In this document: positions 58,202 through 64,000 of the stretch, piece by piece
Layout: the number at the start of each line of letters is the position of its first letter
How positions within the stretch are numbered: the stretch's first letter is position 1
Position numbers and translations under genes: made by a program
IMG/VR virus record: IMGVR_UViG_3300042371_001161
Coordinates: 55,749-119,748 of that record
Source: a virus
DNA length: 64,000 nt
Reading direction: 5' to 3' (one strand)
Notes under the pieces: generated by a model
What the model was told of the DNA's origin: nothing
The model's input: only the letters and a program-made list of their open reading frames with translations
The model's database searches: none

Positions 58202-58441
58202 CTATTTTGGGGAAGGGGGGTCGACGCCAGGATGGCTGAGGAGGAAACAGTCTGTATGCCAGAACTTCTCATCACTCTTCTTGCCGGATTTGCCCGGAGA
58301 GGGGTCTAATTTGACCATAGAGCGTGCCCTATCCCATGTACCGCAGCGAGCACATCTTTTATCATCCAGCACCCTCTCAATGGCTATGGTGAACACCCAC
58401 AGAAACAGCACAATGACGGATGCGGCAATGATTGTAGTCAT
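58202..58441 (-). CDS. Small membrane-anchored Zn-finger protein
   Basis: N-terminal hydrophobic helix; CARCG...WHTDC. Confidence 0.45.
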   Translation of the reverse strand: MTTIIAASVIVLFLWVFTIAIERVLDDKRCARCGTWDRARSMVKLDPSPGKSGKKSDEKFWHTDCFLLSHPGVDPPSPK

Positions 58442-58481
58442 GACAACAAATATATATGGTCTCGAGACCCCAAAACCACTA

Positions 58482-58739
58482 CTACTCCCCCGAAAGAACT
58501 TGCATATTCATCTCATCCCACAAATCCTTGACATGAACGTGAATGGAAGGATGAACCTCCTCTTTGTGAAAAGGGTCATACTTGGTAGCGCGAATCTTGT
58601 TGGCGATGTTGGGTCGAAACTCCCATAAACAGTTGAAATACACCTGCCCAAAGAGAATCGATGGGTCGACGGCCTTCAGATAGTCATACTCCTGGCGTAC
58701 AAAGATGCAAAATTCGTCATAACCATAGATTGTGCTCAT
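58482..58739 (-). CDS. Hypothetical protein
   Basis: 85 aa; FGQVYFNCL...IRAT..DPFH. Confidence 0.55.
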   Translation of the reverse strand: MSTIYGYDEFCIFVRQEYDYLKAVDPSILFGQVYFNCLWEFRPNIANKIRATKYDPFHKEEVHPSIHVHVKDLWDEMNMQVLSGE

Positions 58740-59059
58740 AAGGCGAGGATACAGTATGGCGCCGGCCTATGACAACTCAGGATATTGGATAAATTTAAAC
58801 AAAAAAAGAGGGGCTCTAAATTTTGATTTATGGCTGCCCACCGCTATCTGACGCGTTCGGAAAGCGTGCGGGGCTCACAGAGCACCCCCATTTTTCGCCG
58901 TTATGGGGGAGTGTCATTCGCCCACTCGCACTAATGAAGTGCCCCATAGTGACTAGCGATAGTCGGGTTCGGGACAGTCGGGCGGGCGGGCAGTGCTTGC
59001 GAATAATGCTTACGGGGGTGGCGGATAATGCTTACGGGGGGGGGTAATAGATAAGTCCA

Positions 59060-59515
59060 ACGCAACACGCAACGACGCAACACGCTATGACGCAACGACG
59101 CAACACGCTATGACGAAACGCAATACACAACGACGAAACGCAACATCGCAACGAAACGCAATGCCCTGAACTAAACACGAAACGCAACGCAATACGAAAT
59201 GAAACGCAATACGCAACGCCTCAACGAAACACAAAACAAAACGCAATGCCTCAACGAAACACGCAACGCAATACGCAATACGCAATGCCTCAACGAAACG
59301 CACTAGCAACACGCAATGAAACGCAACGCACTAGCAACATCGCAACGCACTAGCGAAACGAAACACACAACATACAACGACGCGACGCGACGCAACGCCT
59401 CAATGAAACGCAACGCATACGACGCAACGCATAAGCAATACGCATACGACGCAATGCGCAATGCCATCAACGCAACGCATAGGGCAGGCACACCATCAAC
59501 GCAATGCCTCAAAGC
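59060..59515 (+). repeat. Low-complexity ACGC/AACG array
   Basis: Built almost wholly of acgca/acga/aac words; the unit CGCAAYGCCTCAAYGAAAC recurs at least 4 times. Confidence 0.85.
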
Positions 59516-59554
59516 AATAGAGTAGATAAGTGAAATCGCTAGGTGCTACGGGTA

Positions 59555-61200
59555 TCCCATACCAATACCCCTCACCTCATAGCCATACCCCTTACCTGTA
59601 CCCATACCCCTCACTCATACCAATACCCCTATCACCTATCCCCATTACTCATCACCATTCACCCATACCCCTTGCTCATCACCACCACCCCTACTGCTCA
59701 TCACCCCCTATCACTCATCACCCATTACCTCGTACCCTTGACCTCGTATCACTTTCGCCAAGTGCTACGGGTATCTCACGGGTAGTCATACCCCACCACC
59801 CTTACTCATATCACTCACTACTAATACCCCTTGCCATCATTCATTCATTCGTTCATTCATTCACTACTCATACCCCCTACCATCACCTACCTCATTCACT
59901 CATACCCCTCACCTCATATCACTCACTCACCTAACACCATTCATCACTACTCATTCATTCATTCACTCATACCCCTCATTCACTCATACCTCTCACCATC
60001 ACCTACCTCATTCATTCATACCCCTCATACCATCACCCCCTACCTCTCACCATCACCTACCTCATTCATTCATACCCCTCATACCATCACCCCCTACCTC
60101 TCACCATCACCTCATACCATCACCTACCTCGCTCACTTACTAACTCATACCCCTCACCCATCGCTCACTCATACCACCCACCCCACCTAGCACCATTCAT
60201 CACTACTCGTGCCTATGACTACCCACTCACTACTCATTCATTGCTCATGCTCATTACTACTCACCTACGCCACTTACCTAATACCCTTACCTAGTCACTC
60301 ACCTCACTCGCTCACCTATTGCCCCTTACCTAATGCCCCTATTACATATCTCATTCACTCATATCACTCATATCACTCATTCACTAATACCCCTCATACA
60401 TACATACATACATACATACATACATACATACATACATACATACATACATACATACATACATAGCGCCTCACTCGCTACTGATACCCCCTACCTCGCACCA
60501 CTCACTCACTCATAGCCTTCCCTTCACCTAGTGCCTACCCTCATACCATTGCTCATATCACTCACTCATTCATTCACCCTTGCCCCTCGCTGTTCATCGC
60601 CCTTGTCTTTCGTCACCTTCACCACTGAACCCCTTGACCGGAAATCGCCAAGTGCCACGGGTATGCCACGGGTACTCATACCCCTACCACCCCCACCTAG
60701 TACCTCGACACCTTCACCCTTGCCACCTACCCTCGCTACCTATCCCTACCCCACCTCATACCCTTATCTACTCTTGCCCCTTGACCCCTTGCTCATACTC
60801 CTCGCCCACCTACCTCTTGCTCGATGACCCATTGTGACCCATTGTGATACATCGTGATACATCGTGATACGCACCCCACTACTCGCCTGCCTCGTACGCC
60901 TGCCCTCACACCCCGCAGTTTGCGACGCTTTCACCCCGCAACATATGACTATGCGCCTATCTATACGCCTACCCACCCCTCGTACCACCATCCCCCTTAT
61001 GCCCCCTTATGCCCCCTAACACTTTCCACTTAGTGCTTGACCCCCTTAGCCCCCGAAATCGCCAAGTGCCACGGGTACCCTACGGGTATCTGATTGGATA
61101 CCTATCCTCTACCACCCCTTACTCAATACCGATAGCCATACCATTGACTACCCACCACCGTCACGGTACGATACGAACCTATGAACTCATTAGACCTACA
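59555..61200 (+). repeat. G-depleted C/A/T low-complexity region (ATACCCC, CATT, CTCA units)
   Basis: Plus strand almost lacks G for long stretches; perfect 54-bp tandem duplication at 60003-60110. Confidence 0.85.
60395..60462 (+). repeat. (CATA)17 microsatellite
   Basis: 68 nt of perfect CATA repeats. Confidence 0.95.
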
Positions 61201-61390
61201 CTCCACCACCATTGATAAACTCTCATTGGTAGGAACAGTCATTCATATCAACACCATTGGGAATACCGTAGAAGTGTGGTTAGCCGTACCTACCTCAGAT
61301 GGTACGCAACGCATTATCAGAAGTATCCCGTGTGAAACGCACTATCAGGCTCAGAGTGTTGCCCGACTGTGTAATGCGGTATGGTGCTAG
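61181..61390 (+). CDS. Small hypothetical protein
   Basis: 69 aa; composition returns to normal coding-like sequence. Confidence 0.45.
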   Translation: MNSLDLHSTTIDKLSLVGTVIHINTIGNTVEVWLAVPTSDGTQRIIRSIPCETHYQAQSVARLCNAVWC

Positions 61391-61392
61391 GT

Positions 61393-61566
61393 ATGAACAC
61401 TTACCGCATAACCGTCGTAGTCCGTAAAAGAGATGACATAGACGCACCATCGAGCATCGATGAAGCTGTGTCTATGGTTCATCAGTTACTAGAGCAGGGA
61501 AGCTTTCTAGAAGTTCTTGCCGTAGAGCCGGAAGAGAGACCGACGAACACAGTTCAGTGGGGATAG
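61393..61566 (+). CDS. Small hypothetical protein
   Basis: ATG 2 nt after the upstream stop. Confidence 0.45.
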   Translation: MNTYRITVVVRKRDDIDAPSSIDEAVSMVHQLLEQGSFLEVLAVEPEERPTNTVQWG

Positions 61567-61602
61567 GACACCCGCCCGCACAGTGAGTGGTACTCTCTCT
61601 CT

Positions 61603-61968
61603 GTGTCAGGAATTTACAGGCCACCCCACGCCCTCCATCAGTCCATTCGTGTTTCGTACCTGACCAACGACTACCTGACCGATGAAGAAAACTTAGAACA
61701 GATGCTCACTTGTTCATTGTTTCTAACAAAAGTTTTTCGTGCCTGCCGTGACGCAGGCGTGACGCCCCAGAGTGCCACGGGTAGTGAAGTAAACCTCGTA
61801 TCGCTTATGAGAGATACCGAGATGGAGTTGGACATCTATTGGTCACCGGATGAAATGGGCCGGCTCTCAGAACGGAAGCTATCCGAAGTCGAGAGCAGAA
61901 CGAAACAACGCAGGGGTTACTGCTATGCCGTTATGTACCGCATGACATCAGGACAAATAATCTCCTGA
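61603..61968 (+). CDS. Hypothetical protein
   Basis: 121-aa ORF; start uncertain. Confidence 0.4.
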   Translation: MSGIYRPPHALHQSIRVSYLTNDYLTDEENLEQMLTCSLFLTKVFRACRDAGVTPQSATGSEVNLVSLMRDTEMELDIYWSPDEMGRLSERKLSEVESRTKQRRGYCYAVMYRMTSGQIIS

Positions 61969-62030
61969 AGCAAATGAGCGGGGCTCCTACCCACGAACAC
62001 GAAACAAATACCTTTTTTACAGGGTGCGTG

Positions 62031-62097
62031 GGGGGGTAATAGATAAGTTGTCTCCACTTAGAGTAGATAACTAAATCTGTCCGCCTAGTGGTACAGT
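62031..62097 (+). promoter_or_regulatory. Phage promoter: TAGATAA boxes + TCTGT-N7-GTGGTACAGT
   Basis: Same architecture as two minus-strand copies; TG-n-TACAGT extended -10; RBS GGAAAGGGA downstream. Confidence 0.7.
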
Positions 62098-62129
62098 ATT
62101 GACATCTACACGGAAAGGGAAAATCCAAA

Positions 62130-62831
62130 ATGCGTACAATCACAAGCCAGCAAGTTATTGCGGAAATGCTCACGGAGAACACGGGTCGTCATATCCTAGA
62201 TAGTGGCGATGCCTACGGGAGGCATTGGCAAAAGAATAACGGGCGCACGCTCTCAGAGTGGAACAGCGAACCCGAAGCGTGGGCAGACAGTTGGGGCGTA
62301 ACGCTCTCTGTCTATCACTACCTCACCAACCGTCTTGAGTATGCGCCACTCTTAGACGAAGAGTTCCGTAGTTTCTGCGAAGCAAACCCCGATGATAGTC
62401 ACCTCGGATTAGCCGAAAGTTTCGCAACCGAAAAAGACAGCAGTGCTCATTCGTGGAATACCTATAACGGGAATGACTCACTATCGCAGACATTACAGGG
62501 CGTGACATTCTCAGACGGTGACGAAGTTTTTGTCCTACTCCAAATACACGGGGGCGCAGATGTCCGAGGCGGATATACCACGCCTAGGGCGTTCCGTGTC
62601 ACGGTTGATATGGCGGAAGCGTTCCCGTATGACAACGCCGATTATTATCTCCACTGCCCGAACGATGAAGAGCACTCAGTGAGTGTGAACTACGGCGAAG
62701 CGGTCTCCCTTGTTCACGGGTACTCGCTCGCCGATGATGAGTCACCGATATTCGGCGAAGCAGGGTCAGAGTCCCCCTTGTGTCCTAAGTGCAAAATACC
62801 GTTCACGGTAGAAGCACCACAGGCGTACTAG
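62130..62831 (+). CDS. Conserved hypothetical protein
   Basis: MLTENTGRHILDSGDAYGRHW...WNTYN...LSQTLQG...LLQIHGGADVRGGYT.PR; clear RBS. Confidence 0.8.
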   Translation: MRTITSQQVIAEMLTENTGRHILDSGDAYGRHWQKNNGRTLSEWNSEPEAWADSWGVTLSVYHYLTNRLEYAPLLDEEFRSFCEANPDDSHLGLAESFATEKDSSAHSWNTYNGNDSLSQTLQGVTFSDGDEVFVLLQIHGGADVRGGYTTPRAFRVTVDMAEAFPYDNADYYLHCPNDEEHSVSVNYGEAVSLVHGYSLADDESPIFGEAGSESPLCPKCKIPFTVEAPQAY

Positions 62832-62945
62832 TTCGGTACACGACGCACGCACCGTGTCGGCGCTCATCTATGAGAGTAGATAAGTTGTCGGCTCGGTGCT
62901 TGTGCGCCTTGCTCAGTAGAAGTAGACCGCTAGGAGTCGCCACCT

Positions 62946-62987
62946 GTTATCTACTCTCACCACCGCCCGTGAGTGAGAGTAGATAAC
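62946..62987. terminator. Perfect 15-bp inverted repeat between convergent genes
   Basis: GTTATCTACTCTCAC-12 nt-GTGAGAGTAGATAAC; both arms contain the TAGATAA box. Confidence 0.5.
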
Positions 62988-62999
62988 TTTTCGGCGTTG

Positions 63000-63188
63000 T
63001 TAGTGCATCGTTCGGGCGACGATGATATCGACTGAGCGCTCATTTTCTCTCGTTTCAGGAAAGTAGAACGCTAGCCCGAGATGTTTCATAGCGGATTTCT
63101 CACTACGAAAGCCCGTTCCGTCTACGGTCTTTACCGTTCGCCCGTCTGTCAATACCGCTACCCGATAGATGCTGAATGTATCTGACAT
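63000..63188 (-). CDS. Small hypothetical protein
   Basis: RBS AAAGGGGA; conserved promoter upstream. Confidence 0.6.
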   Translation of the reverse strand: MSDTFSIYRVAVLTDGRTVKTVDGTGFRSEKSAMKHLGLAFYFPETRENERSVDIIVARTMH

Positions 63189-63217
63189 TTCGTATCCCCT
63201 TTCACTTGGATACCTTT

Positions 63218-63270
63218 AGCGTACCACCACGGGTACAGACTTCTAAACTTATCTATCACCCCCCACGCCC
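63218..63270 (-). promoter_or_regulatory. Phage promoter copy (TAGATAAGT..AAGTCTGT-N7-GTGGTACGCT)
   Basis: Reverse complement matches the 62031 and 63939 copies. Confidence 0.7.
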
Positions 63271-63437
63271 GCCCCTAGCGGCCAGGAGCCCCGCAATAAT
63301 TCTTGACTCTCCCGCCTCGCTTCGCTCGTTGGGCTGACGCACAAGCGAGAAATGCGCTCGCTTGCTTGTCCTCGCTCTAGAGGTGAGAGGGGGCTAGGTC
63401 GGGCAAGTGTGCGCCGAGTTATCTACTCCCGTTGGGG

Positions 63438-63932
63438 TCACCACCCTTCCTGTTCCATCTCAAAGCGGATATTATCTCGTTCGCGCTCTTCGGGGGTCAT
63501 GTCCATATAGTAAGGCACGGGTTCTTCTCCGAGAACTTTCTGTCGCCACGCTTGTGGTGCGTCGCTTGCGAGTCCACCGCCCATAACCCAATTCATCACG
63601 AACTCTCCGTAGGCTTCGCCGTCTGCGTCGGTGTCGGCTTCCGCTTTATGGGCAAGTTCGGCTTGGCGTTCTAGTTCGTATTTGGAAACGGCGACGCCGT
63701 TCACCATTTCGTACTCACCCGAAAACATAAGCACCTCGTTCAGGTGGTCGGCGGTTGCGCTGTCCATCTTGCGAACCTTGGCGATGACTTGCGCCTTGGT
63801 CATAAGCCCTGGGAACTCAGCGATGATTTCATCATCTCCGTAGCAGGCGTAAATGGTTCCGTCGCCCTCGCAGGCGTTCATCAGGTTGAGGCTTGTGGTT
63901 CGGACTAAGTTGAGAAGTTCGGTTCGGTTCAT
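63438..63932 (-). CDS. Hypothetical protein
   Basis: 164 aa; ATG 6 nt after the TACAGT -10 box. Confidence 0.7.
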   Translation of the reverse strand: MNRTELLNLVRTTSLNLMNACEGDGTIYACYGDDEIIAEFPGLMTKAQVIAKVRKMDSATADHLNEVLMFSGEYEMVNGVAVSKYELERQAELAHKAEADTDADGEAYGEFVMNWVMGGGLASDAPQAWRQKVLGEEPVPYYMDMTPEERERDNIRFEMEQEGW

Positions 63933-63938
63933 ACCCGA

Positions 63939-63992
63939 ACTGTACCACGGGGGGTACAGACTTGCGAGAGTTATCTATTACCCCCCCACGCT
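63939..63992 (-). promoter_or_regulatory. Phage promoter copy (GGGGGGGTAATAGATAACT..AAGTCTGT-N7-GTGGTACAGT)
   Basis: Same N7 spacing as the other two copies. Confidence 0.7.
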
Positions 63993-64000
63993 CGCCCCTC

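Larger units (their letters stand above)
59543..61783 (+). repeat. Dispersed GTGCYACGGGTA motif, 5 copies
   Basis: At 59543, 59762, 60652, 61066 and 61772; three of the five are preceded by GAAATCGC. Confidence 0.85.

Noticed and set aside
59060-61200. CRISPR array
   Set aside because: No constant-length repeat with unique 30-40 nt spacers; motif copies are 200-900 nt apart; no cas genes.
59085-61215. His/Pro/Ser/Thr-rich and FVEALR-repeat ORFs in the low-complexity region
   Set aside because: Open in several frames because the composition lacks stop codons; they simply translate DNA repeats; no RBS.
1-64000. Stop-codon reassignment (alternative genetic code)
   Set aside because: Very long ORFs and tightly coupled genes end at TAA, TAG and TGA under the standard code; no suppressor tRNA seen.
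1-64000. Diversity-generating retroelement, retron or integrase
   Set aside because: No reverse transcriptase, TR/VR pair or recombinase motif recognised in this window.

Overview
The window is a 64-kb piece of a large tailed dsDNA phage with an HK97-type head. The host is probably an actinobacterium, judging by WhiB, an actinobacterial-type SSB, DUF732-like lipoproteins and apparently leaderless genes. Layout: 1-28.6 kb head module (3' end of a probable portal/head gene, prohead protease fused to about 2,700 aa of cargo, an acidic scaffold-like protein, a 2,849-aa multidomain protein, major capsid protein and small head-associated genes); 28.7-36.7 kb tRNA-Arg, HNH, class II RNR, WhiB, primase-helicase and a probable small terminase; 36.8-46.7 kb a third giant protein of 3,305 aa; 46.9-58.7 kb SSB, thioredoxin, lipoproteins, tRNA(CAT), SNF2 helicase, endolysin and transglycosylases; 59-64 kb a strand-asymmetric repeat region and small genes behind a shared promoter motif. 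Main observation: the three giant proteins are punctuated by a recurring L-S-S-G tetrapeptide (17 exact copies plus LASG/FSSG/LSSE/LSSN variants, written with varied synonymous codons). Wherever flanking domains are recognisable (ArdC, UvrD-like helicase, ParB/Srx, GNATs, zincins, ART-like, DEDDh exonuclease), the motif falls between them. The last module of the largest protein looks like a papain-like Cys-His-Asp peptidase. This suggests a virion-packaged polyprotein and dedicated processing protease system. All domain names come from motif recognition by eye; no database search was run.
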